From Eubacteriales bacterium (GTDB lineage: Bacteria; Bacillota; Clostridia; Oscillospirales; JAAYXM01): a DNA stretch of 64,000 nt. Below, piece by piece: positions 8,526 to 19,371 of the stretch (position 1 is its first letter; each line of letters opens with the position of its first letter). The position numbers and the translations under genes were made by a program. The DNA is taken from positions 1,268 to 65,267 of the forward strand of contig JAZOAI010000027.1 of assembly GCA_045595365.1 (NCBI GenBank), read 5' to 3'. Under the pieces are notes generated by a model. It was not told the origin of the DNA. It did no database searches and worked only from the letters and a program-made list of their open reading frames with translations.

Positions 8526-9608
8526 TCACAAAACCCCCACACTTCTCATAGCTGCGATTACGGATATAAGAATGACGGTTGCGACAGACGCACACATTGC
8601 AAGCACAAGCCCGAAGCTTTCGGCAAGGCGCGAGGAGAGTTCCGCTATGCTCCCACCCACTACAGGGCTTGCTATGAGAGATGCTGCTTTAAACGTGAAA
8701 TAGTTTACGAGCATCGTGGCAAAGGGCGTTGCAAATGCCGAGAGAATCGCAAGCATTCCGAAAACACCGATTGCGTTTTTCATCATCGCCGCGCCTGCAA
8801 TCACGGTCTCTGCCGCTTCCGAAACTGCAGCTCCTACTATCGGCACCGTGCTTCCGAGAGCAAATTGAGCTGCCTTGAGCCCTGCCTTATCAGCGCCACC
8901 TGTCACAAGCCCCGATACACTTATGTAAGACACAAAGGCCCCTAGCAAAACCTTCAGCGCCACCGACACTATCTTAACTGAAAAATCCGAAATTTTTTGA
9001 AGCGCAAGGTTTTTCGCGGCGGCATTTGCAGTGGCAGCGAAAATATTTATATATACAAGCGGAAGCAAAACCGAGCTTATCAGAGTTATGAGGACATCCG
9101 AAAAGATAAGGGTTATGCCTGCCTTCGCCGCCGCAGCAGACGGAAGCCCGCACATAGCCTCTGCCGCCGCCACAGACGGAAGCAAAGCTTTTGAAAAAAG
9201 CTCAACCCCTGATATAAACTCACGCCCCATCCCTATTACACTGGTTATGCTGCCTGAAGCGGCCCCTGTGACAGCTATTGCGCCTACAAGCGAAAGCGCG
9301 CATCTTACGGAGCTGCTTTCCCCCGGAGTAAGCGTTTCGACCGAGCTACACAAAAATGACACAGCGCAGATTATCGCAACGCATTTAATTCCGCTTCCGA
9401 GAAGGGATGAGATGTTCTCTTTTATTTTTTCGAATATCCCGCCTATTCCGTCTGACAGTGAGATGTTCTGCTCAAATTTTATATCTGCGCCATCAGGCAC
9501 TGACTCTATAACGCGTGGAACTTCAAGCGCATCATAAAGCCTGTCCTCTGCCGAAGCCGCAGGGATAAGAATTATTGCAAGCATTAAAACACAAATAAAT
9601 TTTTTCAT
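8526..9608 (-). CDS. spoIIIAE: Stage III sporulation protein AE
   Basis: 360 aa with a signal peptide and a polytopic Gly/Ala-rich membrane protein. Operon position fits. Confidence 0.9.
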   Translation of the reverse strand: MKKFICVLMLAIILIPAASAEDRLYDALEVPRVIESVPDGADIKFEQNISLSDGIGGIFEKIKENISSLLGSGIKCVAIICAVSFLCSSVETLTPGESSSVRCALSLVGAIAVTGAASGSITSVIGMGREFISGVELFSKALLPSVAAAEAMCGLPSAAAAKAGITLIFSDVLITLISSVLLPLVYINIFAATANAAAKNLALQKISDFSVKIVSVALKVLLGAFVSYISVSGLVTGGADKAGLKAAQFALGSTVPIVGAAVSEAAETVIAGAAMMKNAIGVFGMLAILSAFATPFATMLVNYFTFKAASLIASPVVGGSIAELSSRLAESFGLVLAMCASVATVILISVIAAMRSVGVL

Positions 9609-9618
9609 TTGTTTTTCC

Positions 9619-9999
9619 TCACGATGTAATTTGTCCGAGAAGCCCGAACATTAGCGGAATGGCAAAGGATATTGCCACCGCACCACCCAAAAGCTCTATA
9701 TACGACGCCGCCGAAACAACTCCGCTTTCCCTGCACAAATCAGAGGAAAGCTTTGTTATAATGCTTATTCCGAGAGCCTTTATAAGCGGCGTGAGAAGAT
9801 TTTCTGAAAGCCCCGCATATTCTGCAAGCTCAAAAACAAGCTCTATAACCCGCCCGATTGCTCCGGCGGCGCAGAAAACGAGCGCACCAAGAAGGACAAG
9901 AGATGCTGCAACTGACATTTCAGTAAGTGTTCTGCGAAGCAGAACTACCGTGATCGCGCCCACAATTGAGAGCGCACAAACCTTAAGTACAACTTCCAT
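9619..9999 (-). CDS. spoIIIAD: Stage III sporulation protein AD
   Basis: A 126-aa 4-TM protein in the expected operon position. Confidence 0.85.
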   Translation of the reverse strand: MEVVLKVCALSIVGAITVVLLRRTLTEMSVAASLVLLGALVFCAAGAIGRVIELVFELAEYAGLSENLLTPLIKALGISIITKLSSDLCRESGVVSAASYIELLGGAVAISFAIPLMFGLLGQITS

Positions 10000-10008
10000 A
10001 GCCTTGTC

Positions 10009-10203
10009 TCAGAGTCCGAAGGTTGATTTAATAAGGTCGAACAAGTCGCTTATCTCCTCGATAATTATCATAAGCACAACTATTAACCCCGCAAGAGTCG
10101 TCATCATCGCCTGCTCCTCGCGCCCTGAGCGCACAAGCAGCTGATTTAAAACCGATACGAGAATCCCTATCGCAGCAACTTTAAAAATCAAATCAACCTG
10201 CAT
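10009..10203 (-). CDS. spoIIIAC: Stage III sporulation protein AC
   Basis: A 64-aa 2-TM protein with the motif VAAIGILVSVLNQLL. Confidence 0.85.
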   Translation of the reverse strand: MQVDLIFKVAAIGILVSVLNQLLVRSGREEQAMMTTLAGLIVVLMIIIEEISDLFDLIKSTFGL

Positions 10204-10223
10204 TTTTCACTTCTCCGCTTCCG

Positions 10224-10739
10224 CTAAATTAGAATTATAACAACTGCCATTCCGCTTATAAGCCCGAGCTTTGCATACAACTTTCCAAGGCGTCCTCTGT
10301 CATTTTCAGCCGCTTCCCAAAGCGAGCTTATTCGCCTTTGACTGTGAGAAATAGCATTTATCTGCTCCTCTGCACCGTACCTTCCGAGAACGCTCCCGAG
10401 TTCTTTTATAACATCTTTTTCATTTGATTTGAGCCTTAGATAGTCAGCACGCGACAAAGCCTTTGACCATATCAGAAAAAACGGAACATCAGGCTTTTTA
10501 TTTTTCTCTTCACAGCACTCTGAAAAAAAATTGCTGAGAGGGCTTGGGCTTTCATGGGAAAGCTTTTCCATAAGCTCGGAAATTGGCGTAAGCCTCCCCC
10601 CTATCTCTGAGCGCATTATGTCAAGTGCCGACAAAAAGCCTTCAAGAACGCGTGCGCGGACAGCAAGCTCACTTGATGCAAAGACCCCTATAATCGCAGC
10701 GCCTCCGACAAGTAAAATTGCGCCTATTATTTTTATCAT
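10224..10739 (-). CDS. spoIIIAB: Stage III sporulation protein AB
   Basis: 171 aa with TM segments at both ends. It overlaps the spoIIIAA stop. Confidence 0.8.
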   Translation of the reverse strand: MIKIIGAILLVGGAAIIGVFASSELAVRARVLEGFLSALDIMRSEIGGRLTPISELMEKLSHESPSPLSNFFSECCEEKNKKPDVPFFLIWSKALSRADYLRLKSNEKDVIKELGSVLGRYGAEEQINAISHSQRRISSLWEAAENDRGRLGKLYAKLGLISGMAVVIILI

Positions 10740-11659
10740 TGAGTCCCTTCCCCCTTTTTGACTTCTTCGACTTTGTATGTAAACTCTCCGTTTTCTTTTT
10801 TCAGAATGACGGCAATTTTAAAAGCGCTGCGCTCGTGCAAATCTCTATACACAGGTTTTGAAAACACATCTTCCACACTGTCGCCGTGGACTGTTGCAAG
10901 GATTCCGACCCCACAATTTAAAACCACGGATATGGCCGCAGCATCGTCCACTGCTGTTATTTCATCAAGCGCAATTATGTCCGGAGAGAGGCTTCTTAGC
11001 ATAAGAAGCGCCCCCTGTGCCTTATTTATGCCGTCTGAAACATCTGTGCATCGACCTACATCAAACTGTGGAACGCCCCGTCTTTTTGCCGCGACCTCTC
11101 CTCTCTCATCGACAAGAGAAATCCGAAACCCTTTATCAGAAAGCCGCCTCACGAGGTCACGAAGCATTGTTGTCTTTCCAAAACCCGGTGGCGATATTAT
11201 GACCGTATTTAAAAATGCTCCGTTTCTGATAACCTGCGGAAAAATATGCTCCGCCGCATGCTTTATCTCTCTCGCAATTCTTATGCAAACGGAAGACAGG
11301 TCACGCACGGTGAGGATGCCCGACGGTGTTTTCGCATACGTTCCGCAAAGCCCGATGCGATGGCCGCCCGAAACCGTTATATACCCTTCGCTTATGCTTG
11401 TCTGAACACTGTGAACCGACCCGCGCGATGCAAGCTCAAGAACGCTCTGAAGCTCCTCATTTCTTATCGGGCACTCTCCTCCGCAGAGAATTTCTTTTTC
11501 GTTTACGTATACTGACATATATCTCCCCACCCGAAGCCTGAACTCCGATGCCGCCGCTCTCTCTTCTTCGCAAAGCTGCATAGCCTCATTCCGCAAACGG
11601 GGTGGCAGATAGCTAACTGCCTGTCCGTATCTGGCAAGCATATCCTTTCTTTTTTCCAA
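10736..11659 (-). CDS. spoIIIAA: Stage III sporulation protein AA (ATPase)
   Basis: Walker A is ISPPGFGKTT and Walker B-like is IIALDEI. It is the first gene of the 8-gene operon. Confidence 0.9.
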   Translation of the reverse strand: MEKRKDMLARYGQAVSYLPPRLRNEAMQLCEEERAAASEFRLRVGRYMSVYVNEKEILCGGECPIRNEELQSVLELASRGSVHSVQTSISEGYITVSGGHRIGLCGTYAKTPSGILTVRDLSSVCIRIAREIKHAAEHIFPQVIRNGAFLNTVIISPPGFGKTTMLRDLVRRLSDKGFRISLVDERGEVAAKRRGVPQFDVGRCTDVSDGINKAQGALLMLRSLSPDIIALDEITAVDDAAAISVVLNCGVGILATVHGDSVEDVFSKPVYRDLHERSAFKIAVILKKENGEFTYKVEEVKKGEGTQ

Positions 11660-11813
11660 TCCCTTTCAGTCCTTTCGCTTTTCGTTAAAATATATGTCCC
11701 TCTCTCAAGCGATAGAACAAAATTTATGCACGTCCCAAAAGGCGCACTATTTCGAAAATTCCATTTTGCTTCATCATATAGTTAATCATCTAAACTGACC
11801 GGAGGTTTTTGTT

Positions 11814-12386
11814 ATGGCTATAAAAATATTTATTGATCAGGGGCACAACCCGGAGGGGGTAAACGCGGGTGCCGAGGGGTTTGGGCTCCGTGAGCAGGAC
11901 ATAACCTATAATGTGGGGATTTATCTGCGCGATATTTTAAGCCAGGACCCGCGCTTTGAAGCGCGCGTTTCAAGGCCTACTCCCGAGACAACGCTCGGAA
12001 CAAGCAACGCGACAAGCCTGGCCGCGCGCGTGAATGCGGCAAATTCCTGGCCTGCCGACTATTTTCTCAGCATCCATGTAAACGCAAACACTGATCCTGA
12101 CGTAAACGGAACAGAAATGTATATCTACCGCTCGGGCGGGACAGCCCAGGCTCTTGCAGAAGCACTTCTTGACGCAATAACAGACCGCCTTGACACGAAG
12201 CGCAACGGAGTTTTTGTTCGCCCGTCGCTCTATGTTCTGCGCAGAACCCAAATGCCTGCCGTTCTCCTCGAGCTTGCCTATATCACAAACGAAGACGACG
12301 CCGAAGAGCTTGAGGATCGTCAATATGCCTTTGCATATGCAATTTATGTTGGGCTTCTCAATTTTTTTGGTCTCCAGGTTATATAA
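11814..12386 (+). CDS. N-acetylmuramoyl-L-alanine amidase (Amidase_3 family, no signal peptide)
   Basis: The sequence IFIDQGHNP...SIHVNA...ELAYITN carries the zinc-ligand pattern of Amidase_3. RBS is CGGAGG. Confidence 0.85.
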   Translation: MAIKIFIDQGHNPEGVNAGAEGFGLREQDITYNVGIYLRDILSQDPRFEARVSRPTPETTLGTSNATSLAARVNAANSWPADYFLSIHVNANTDPDVNGTEMYIYRSGGTAQALAEALLDAITDRLDTKRNGVFVRPSLYVLRRTQMPAVLLELAYITNEDDAEELEDRQYAFAYAIYVGLLNFFGLQVI

Positions 12387-12449
12387 ATAACTGGAAATTT
12401 TCCCATATATATGGTAGAATATTTTAGAAGAATATTCGGAGGTCATATT

Positions 12450-13250
12450 ATGGGTACGGTGTTTGAAAATATTGGATTTAACATAACGAGCGAGGATGAC
12501 GTATACCGTCTTGCCGATTTCGTTTTGAATTCAGGGCGTATTCTCCCTGTTGATGACGGTGCTTATGCGGTTTTTTCAGACAAATGCGGTGCCGAAATCT
12601 GGGAACGCGTCGCCCTCGACCATAACACAAAAAGCGCATCTCTTCTTAATCTTGACCCGCACTTTAACGGAAGCACAGTCTGGCAGCTTGAGCTTGTCCG
12701 CGAGTTTTCCGCTGAACGCGATGATATGCTCGACTGCAAGGCTCTCCTTAAAAAGCCCGATTCTGACAGCTCCTTCTGCGCAAGAATTATGGGAGCACTT
12801 GCGGCAAAGAATCTTGCAAGCGGCGAGGAGTTTGATTTTCAGGTTTCGCTTATCCCCCATTCTATCGCCTTTTTTGAAAATGAGCTCGAGATGCGAAAAA
12901 AGCTTTCCGACGAAACTACAGCTCTCGGAGTTATTGCTCCTGTCGGTATGTATACAAGAATGCTTTCAGTAGATCAGGATATGTCGCAGACAGACATTCT
13001 CCTCTCCCGCGTTGCGGCTGAAATCGAAACGGGAGATGTCCGCTTTATGATAGCGGGAGATAGGCCTGTCGGAGAATTTCTTCATCTCACTATAAAAACC
13101 GTTTTCGGCCCGCTCGATGTGGCGGTCAGCCAGAATCAGTATGAAACAAAAGAGCTTCCGCGCCTTTGCGAGGGCGGATATATTGCCGTTGTAAACGGCA
13201 TTATATCGGTTAAGCTTATTAACAGAGAAAAGGCAGATACAAATGATTGA
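12450..13250 (+). CDS. Hypothetical protein (266 aa)
   Basis: I chose the ATG at 12450 with RBS CGGAGGT 6 nt upstream (the track start is 12411). The stop overlaps the ABC-F start by 8 nt. I recognise no family. Confidence 0.6.
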   Translation: MGTVFENIGFNITSEDDVYRLADFVLNSGRILPVDDGAYAVFSDKCGAEIWERVALDHNTKSASLLNLDPHFNGSTVWQLELVREFSAERDDMLDCKALLKKPDSDSSFCARIMGALAAKNLASGEEFDFQVSLIPHSIAFFENELEMRKKLSDETTALGVIAPVGMYTRMLSVDQDMSQTDILLSRVAAEIETGDVRFMIAGDRPVGEFLHLTIKTVFGPLDVAVSQNQYETKELPRLCEGGYIAVVNGIISVKLINREKADTND

Positions 13251-15114
13251 TATTTCAGTTTCGAACCTGAATAAATTTTACGGCGACCACCACGTTCTCC
13301 GCGACCTTTCTTTTACGATTGAGCAGGGAGAGCGCGTTGGTCTTCTCGGTGACAACGGTTCAGGGAAAACAACGCTCTTTAAAATCCTTTCCGGCGAGTG
13401 TGACTATGACTCGGGCGAGGTTTTAATCCCCTCAGACAAGAGGCTTGCCGTTGTTTCTCAGATCCCCGCCTTTCCGCCGGAATACACCGTTTCTGACGTT
13501 CTTGCAACGTCTTTCTCGCATCTTGCGGATATTTCAAAAAAGCTCCGCGACTTAGAGCGGATGATGGAGGTTTATTCCGACGCCGATGTCCTCGCGAAGT
13601 ACGATTCTCTCTCCGCTCGATATGAGCATCTCGGAGGATATAACACGGAGACCGAAATAAACAAAACGTGCAACGGGCTCGGAATTTCAGAAGATATGCG
13701 TTCCCGCCTTTTCTCCACACTTTCAGGCGGTGAAAAAACGCGTATTATGATTGCCTGTGCGCTTCTTCGCAACCCGGACATTCTCCTTCTTGACGAGCCT
13801 ACAAACCACCTCGACATTGATGCTGTTGAGTGGCTTGAGAACTATCTCCCGACCTTCCGGGGAACAGTTTTCATAATTTCTCACGACAGATATTTTATCG
13901 ACAAGTGCATAACGCGCGTTATTGAGCTTTCCGACGGCGGTGCGGAGTTTTACCCCGGAAATTACAGTTTTTACGTTAAAGAGCGCGAAGCGAGGTATGT
14001 TGAACAGCTGAAGCGTTATAAAGCGGAGCAAGCGGCTATTGAAAAGCTTGAGTTTACCGCAGAGCGTATGCACGGCTGGGGCATGGGAAACAAGAAGCTC
14101 CAGGTGCGGGCATTTGCTATAGAGAAAAGAATTGAGCGTATGCGAAAAACCGAGAAACCGAAAGAAGTCCGCTCATCTCTCCACGCAAGCTTTTCCTCTG
14201 CTGATTTCTTCGGTGACAACGTTTTTAAAATCAATGAGCTTTGCAAGTCGTTTGACGAGAAGACCTTATTTGACTCGCTTAATCTCACTATGAAAAACGG
14301 TGATCGGATTGCCCTTATCGGGGATAACGGCTGCGGAAAAACAACGCTTCTTGACATTATTGCCGGAAAGTCTTCTCCCGACCGCGGAAGCGTCACATAT
14401 AACCCTTCCGTCAAATCCGCTCTTCTCCCGCAGATTATTTCATTTGCGGATGAAAACCGCTCTATCCTTGACACAATGCTTTATGACCTCAACGTTTCGA
14501 CCCAGACAGCAAGAAACCGGCTTGCATCCTTTCTCTTTTTCGGAGACGAGGTTTTCGACAGCGTAAATACGCTCTCGGGCGGAGAGCGGTCACGCTTAAA
14601 GCTTTGCGAAATTATGGCAGGCGACATAAACCTTCTTATGCTGGATGAGCCGACAAACCACCTCGACATAACCTCGCGCGAATGGATTGAAGAAGCCGTT
14701 GAGGATTATAGCGGCGCGCTTTTGTTCGTCTCACACGACAGATTCTTTATAAACAAATTTGCAAACAGAATCTGGGAGCTGCGCGACGGGAAGATTTATG
14801 ACTTTGTCGGAAGCTTTGATGCCTTCAGGCGCGAAAAGCAGCTTGCCGCGTTATCCAAGCCCGCAAAGGCAGAAGAAATCAAGCATGAGAAAAAGGAAAA
14901 GACCAAAGCCCCGAACAAAAAACTCAATGATAAAAAAATCCGCGAGGTTGAACGCGAAATTGCGCGGATTGAAGCAAGGCTTTCTGAAATTGAAGATGAA
15001 AGCGCCGCATCTGCAAGCGATTTTGAGGCGCTGTCACGGCTCTTTGAAGAAAAAGAAATATTAACTCTCGAACTTGATGAGAAAATGCTTCTGTGGGAAA
15101 GCTTATACGAATAA
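13243..15114 (+). CDS. ABC-F family ATPase (two ABC domains, no TM; Uup/YdiF-like with a C-terminal coiled coil)
   Basis: Two Walker A motifs (GDNGSGKTT, GDNGCGKTT), two signature motifs (LSGGEKTR, LSGGERSR) and a Lys/Glu-rich C-terminal tail. Confidence 0.9.
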   Translation: MIDISVSNLNKFYGDHHVLRDLSFTIEQGERVGLLGDNGSGKTTLFKILSGECDYDSGEVLIPSDKRLAVVSQIPAFPPEYTVSDVLATSFSHLADISKKLRDLERMMEVYSDADVLAKYDSLSARYEHLGGYNTETEINKTCNGLGISEDMRSRLFSTLSGGEKTRIMIACALLRNPDILLLDEPTNHLDIDAVEWLENYLPTFRGTVFIISHDRYFIDKCITRVIELSDGGAEFYPGNYSFYVKEREARYVEQLKRYKAEQAAIEKLEFTAERMHGWGMGNKKLQVRAFAIEKRIERMRKTEKPKEVRSSLHASFSSADFFGDNVFKINELCKSFDEKTLFDSLNLTMKNGDRIALIGDNGCGKTTLLDIIAGKSSPDRGSVTYNPSVKSALLPQIISFADENRSILDTMLYDLNVSTQTARNRLASFLFFGDEVFDSVNTLSGGERSRLKLCEIMAGDINLLMLDEPTNHLDITSREWIEEAVEDYSGALLFVSHDRFFINKFANRIWELRDGKIYDFVGSFDAFRREKQLAALSKPAKAEEIKHEKKEKTKAPNKKLNDKKIREVEREIARIEARLSEIEDESAASASDFEALSRLFEEKEILTLELDEKMLLWESLYE

Positions 15115-15187
15115 AGTATTTAAATTTACCATTAAATGTGGTATACTGTAAGATAGTTGTATTAAATTGATATACGAGAGGTAAAAT

Positions 15188-16261
15188 ATGTTAGAGAAGC
15201 TTAAGTTTTTAGAAGAAAAATTCGAAGAGCTTGAAAAAAAGCTCGCTGACCCTAATTTGTATAACGACCCCGCTCTTGCCGCAAAAATCTCGAAGGAGCA
15301 AAAGGACTTAACTCCGATTATTGACTGCTACCGCAGATATTGCGACACTGAGCGCGAGATGAATGACCTGCGCGAAATGCTTGACGGAAAGCTTGACCCG
15401 GATTTTCGCGAGATGGCTCAGGAGGAGTATACCCTCGCAAAAGAAAAGCTTGCAGAGCTTGAGCACGAGCTTAAAATTCTGCTTCTCCCGACTGACCCCA
15501 ACGATGACAAAAACGTTATTGTTGAAATCCGCGGCGGTGCAGGCGGCGAAGAAGCGGCACTTTTTGCACATTCACTTTACCGTATGTATTCCATGTATGC
15601 CGAGGCGCGAAGATGGAATATAGACGTTGTTTCAATAAACGAAACTGAGCTTGGCGGAATTAAAGAAATAAGCTTCCTTATTGAAGGTGCAGGGGCATAT
15701 TCCCGCCTGAAATTTGAAAGCGGAGTTCATCGCGTTCAGCGAGTTCCCGATACGGAATCCTCAGGCAGAATTCACACTTCAACCGTTACGGTTGCGGTTC
15801 TCCCCGAAGCGGAGGAGGTTGAGGTTGAGCTCAATATGGCAGATGTTGACGTTGATACCTTCCGCGCATCTGGTGCCGGCGGGCAGCACGTTAACAAAAC
15901 TGAATCCGCAATAAGGCTCACTCACCGCCCGACAGGGATCGTCGTTGAATGTCAGGATGAGCGAAGCCAGCATAAGAACAAGGACCGCGCAATTAAGATT
16001 CTGCGCTCAAAGCTCTATGACATCCAGCTTCAGGAGCAGACTTCTCAGATTGCTGCAGAAAGAAAGAGCCAGGTCGGCACAGGTGACCGAAGCGAAAGAA
16101 TCAGAACCTACAACTACCCGCAGGGCCGCGTTACTGACCACCGCATTTCTCTCACGCTTTACAAGCTTGAGCAGTTTTTGAACGGTGACCTTGACGAAAT
16201 GATTGACTCCATCATTACTGCCGATCAGGCAGAGAAGCTCAAAGCATCAGAAAATGCGTAA
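15188..16261 (+). CDS. prfA: Peptide chain release factor 1
   Basis: It has the GGQ motif ([19 protein letters not shown]) and the RF1-type GRIHTST motif. 357 aa. Confidence 0.95.
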   Translation: MLEKLKFLEEKFEELEKKLADPNLYNDPALAAKISKEQKDLTPIIDCYRRYCDTEREMNDLREMLDGKLDPDFREMAQEEYTLAKEKLAELEHELKILLLPTDPNDDKNVIVEIRGGAGGEEAALFAHSLYRMYSMYAEARRWNIDVVSINETELGGIKEISFLIEGAGAYSRLKFESGVHRVQRVPDTESSGRIHTSTVTVAVLPEAEEVEVELNMADVDVDTFRASGAGGQHVNKTESAIRLTHRPTGIVVECQDERSQHKNKDRAIKILRSKLYDIQLQEQTSQIAAERKSQVGTGDRSERIRTYNYPQGRVTDHRISLTLYKLEQFLNGDLDEMIDSIITADQAEKLKASENA

Positions 16262-16287
16262 TTTTTCCGAAAGGAAGTAGATTCCAT

Positions 16288-17334
16288 ATGACAACTGAGC
16301 TTATACGCATACGCGGGCTTATGGAAAATTCCGATGACTTTATGCGTGCCGGAAAGCTCCTTAAAAACGGAAGCGTAGTTGCAATCCCTACAGAAACGGT
16401 TTACGGCCTTGCCGCAAACGCATTTGACGTTTCTGCGGTGGAAGAAATCTTCAAAGCCAAAGGAAGGCCTCAGGACAACCCTCTGATAGTCCATATATCA
16501 GACCTTAGCGATATATCAAGCCTCTCAACGGAATTCCCGGATACTGCCGTCACTCTCGCAGAGAAGTTCTGGCCGGGGCCGCTTACTATGATACTTAAAA
16601 AGAGCGATAAAGTTCCGGCGGAGGTTACAGCAGGGCTTTCTACGGTTGCAGTCAGGTTCCCTTCCCATAAGGTTGCCCTTGCGGTAATTGATGCCGCAGG
16701 CGTTCCGCTTGCCGCCCCGAGTGCGAACCTCTCCGGAAAGCCAAGCCCCACAACCGCTCAGCACGTTATGCGCGACCTTTCAGGAAAGATTCCTATGATT
16801 TTAGACGGTGGAAAGTGCGAAGTCGGCCTTGAGTCCACAGTTATCGATTTAAGCGGAGAGATCCCCACCCTTCTGCGTCCGGGCGGGATTACTTTAAAAC
16901 AGCTCCGGGATGCAATAGGCCGCGTGGATATAAACCCGAAAATTTTAGAAGAAGTTTCAGACGACGAGCCGGTTGCTTCTCCGGGGATGAAATACAAACA
17001 CTATGCGCCCAACGCACCCGTCGTTATAGTTGACGGGGAAAGTGAAGCTTTCAAGAAATATGTTTTGGATGATATGGGAGACAAAAAAGCCGCAGTCTTA
17101 TGTTTTGAAGAGGAAGCCGACTTGTTTTCAGATTCAGAAATCCCCGTTATAACATACGGCAGGCTTTCACATCCGGAAGAGCTTGCAGCAGAGCTTTTTT
17201 CTTCCCTGCGCGAGCTTGACGATCTCTCCCCTGATATTATTTATGCACGAGAGCCTGTCTGCGAAGACGGCATAGAGCTTGCTGTTGTCAATCGCTTAAG
17301 CCGGGCTGCAGCATTTTCAAAAATTTCTGTTTAG
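16288..17334 (+). CDS. tsaC: L-threonylcarbamoyladenylate synthase (Sua5/YwlC type, with C-terminal Sua5 domain)
   Basis: The motifs VVAIPTETVYGLAANA, KGRPQDNPLIVH and SANLSGKPSPT are present. 348 aa. Confidence 0.9.
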   Translation: MTTELIRIRGLMENSDDFMRAGKLLKNGSVVAIPTETVYGLAANAFDVSAVEEIFKAKGRPQDNPLIVHISDLSDISSLSTEFPDTAVTLAEKFWPGPLTMILKKSDKVPAEVTAGLSTVAVRFPSHKVALAVIDAAGVPLAAPSANLSGKPSPTTAQHVMRDLSGKIPMILDGGKCEVGLESTVIDLSGEIPTLLRPGGITLKQLRDAIGRVDINPKILEEVSDDEPVASPGMKYKHYAPNAPVVIVDGESEAFKKYVLDDMGDKKAAVLCFEEEADLFSDSEIPVITYGRLSHPEELAAELFSSLRELDDLSPDIIYAREPVCEDGIELAVVNRLSRAAAFSKISV

Positions 17335-17345
17335 GCGGTGACTTT

Positions 17346-17957
17346 ATGCTTACAATAGGAATTACAGGCGGAAGCGGCTCGGGAAAAAGCACCGTGGCTG
17401 AAGTTTTCTGCTCACTCGGAGCCGAAACTATTGACGCCGATGTCGTTTACCACGACCTTCTCAACAACTCCGACGCTATGATGAGGGAGCTTCGCCGCCG
17501 GTTTCCCGATGCAATCGGGAGTGACGGCCGTCTTTCCCGAAAAATCCTTGCAAACATTGTTTTCTCGGACAAAGCCGCGCTTTCGGATTTGAACGAGATT
17601 GCTCATAAGTTTGTAATTGAGGAAACGGAACGGCTGATGTCGTCACTCTATCAAAAAAACGTTCAATATATCTGCCTAGATGCGATTGCACTTTTTGAAA
17701 GTGGCTTATCCGGCATCTGTGATGTGACAATCGGCGTTATCGCGCCAAGAAGCCTAAGGCTCTCAAGAATTACCTCACGCGACGGAATCAACAATATGTC
17801 CGCCTCGGCACGGATAAATGCTCAGGCGCCTGATGAATTTTACCGCGAAAGGTGCGACTATGTCATCGTAAACGACGGCGACCGCGATTCTGTCACCGAA
17901 AAAGCCAAAGAAATTTTTGAGCTTATTACGAAAGGACTTGAACATAACAATGAGTAA
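17346..17957 (+). CDS. coaE: Dephospho-CoA kinase
   Basis: The P-loop is IGITGGSGSGKST, followed by IDADVV. Confidence 0.9.
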   Translation: MLTIGITGGSGSGKSTVAEVFCSLGAETIDADVVYHDLLNNSDAMMRELRRRFPDAIGSDGRLSRKILANIVFSDKAALSDLNEIAHKFVIEETERLMSSLYQKNVQYICLDAIALFESGLSGICDVTIGVIAPRSLRLSRITSRDGINNMSASARINAQAPDEFYRERCDYVIVNDGDRDSVTEKAKEIFELITKGLEHNNE

Positions 17958-19359
17958 CAAAAAAAACAGCGCTCTTGATTCCCTTCGCGACTCACTTGCT
18001 TTTAAACCGAAGAACGTCTTCTTCTCGGAATATGACAGCGACAAATGCGATGCTTTCTGTGAGGATTACAAAGCTTTTCTCAATGACGGAAAGACCGAGC
18101 GGCTTTGTGTCAGAGAGGCAGTTTCGCTTGCCGAGAAGTGCGGATTTGTCCCCTATACCCGCGGGATGAAGCTCTCGCCGGGAGATAAGATATATAAAAT
18201 CAACAGAGACAAGGCTCTCGTTCTCGCGGTCATCGGGAAAAATGGCGTTTTGTCCGGCGTAAATATTGCCGCGGCACATATCGATTCTCCTCGGCTTGAC
18301 CTCAAGCAAATGCCGCTTTACGAAAGCGAGGGACTTTCACTTTTTAAAACTCACTACTACGGCGGAATCAAAAAATATCAGTGGCCTGCAATCCCGCTTG
18401 AGCTTTACGGCGTTGTTGCAAAGAAAAACGGTGAGGTCATTGACGTAGCTGTGGGAAACGAACCCGCGGACCCGGTTTTTGTTATAACCGACCTTCTTCC
18501 CCACCTCGGCAAGGACCAGCTCCAGAAAAAAGCAAGTGAGGTAATCCCGGGAGAGAACCTCAATATTCTCTGCGGAAGTGAGCCTGCTCCGGGTGCTGAT
18601 GAAAAATCGACCGATGCTGTTAAGCTTAACGTTTTAAGGCTTCTCAACGAAAAGTACGGTATTTGCGAGGAGGATTTCCTCTCTGCCGAGCTTTGCGTTG
18701 TTCCGGCTTTTGCCGCGCGCGATATAGGCTTTGACCGCTCTCTTATCGGCGCATACGGCCACGATGACAGAGTTTGTGCATACCCCTCTCTCCGCGCCGT
18801 TCTGGATTTGGACGTTCCCGAAAAAACTGCAGTCTGCATCCTCGCCGATAAGGAGGAGATAGGCTCTGAGGGCGTAAGCGGTATGCAGTCAAAATTCTTT
18901 GATACCTTCATTGAAGATCTTTGTGCAACCTCTGGCACAACGCTCCGCGAATGCTTTGAGGCCTCGGCGTGCTTATCTTCAGATGTCACGGTTGCTATGG
19001 ACCCGAACTTTACAGACGTGTGTGAAAAGCAGAACACGGCATATCTCAACCGCGGCGTTGCGCTGTGCAAATATACAGGCTCTCGCGGAAAGTCATCTTC
19101 AAATGACGCGTCTGCCGAGATGATAGCAAAGCTCCGCAAGCTCTTTGACGAGAAGAATATCTTCTGGCAGATGGGCGCATTGGGAAAAGTTGACCAGGGC
19201 GGCGGTGGAACAGTTGCGATGTATATGGCAAACAGGAACATCGAAACAATAGATGCAGGCGTTCCGGTTCTCAGCATGCATTCTCCCTTTGAAACAGTTG
19301 CAAAGACCGATGTTTATATGACGTACCTTGCAATTTCCGCATTTTTTGAAAAGTATTAG
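17950..19359 (+). CDS. M18 family aminopeptidase (aspartyl aminopeptidase-like)
   Basis: The motifs AAHIDSPRLDLK, YGHDDRVC, ADKEEIGSEG and SMHSPFE are present. I chose the start at MSNKKNS, which overlaps the coaE stop. Confidence 0.8.
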   Translation: MSNKKNSALDSLRDSLAFKPKNVFFSEYDSDKCDAFCEDYKAFLNDGKTERLCVREAVSLAEKCGFVPYTRGMKLSPGDKIYKINRDKALVLAVIGKNGVLSGVNIAAAHIDSPRLDLKQMPLYESEGLSLFKTHYYGGIKKYQWPAIPLELYGVVAKKNGEVIDVAVGNEPADPVFVITDLLPHLGKDQLQKKASEVIPGENLNILCGSEPAPGADEKSTDAVKLNVLRLLNEKYGICEEDFLSAELCVVPAFAARDIGFDRSLIGAYGHDDRVCAYPSLRAVLDLDVPEKTAVCILADKEEIGSEGVSGMQSKFFDTFIEDLCATSGTTLRECFEASACLSSDVTVAMDPNFTDVCEKQNTAYLNRGVALCKYTGSRGKSSSNDASAEMIAKLRKLFDEKNIFWQMGALGKVDQGGGGTVAMYMANRNIETIDAGVPVLSMHSPFETVAKTDVYMTYLAISAFFEKY

Positions 19360-19371
19360 AAGGTGACACTT

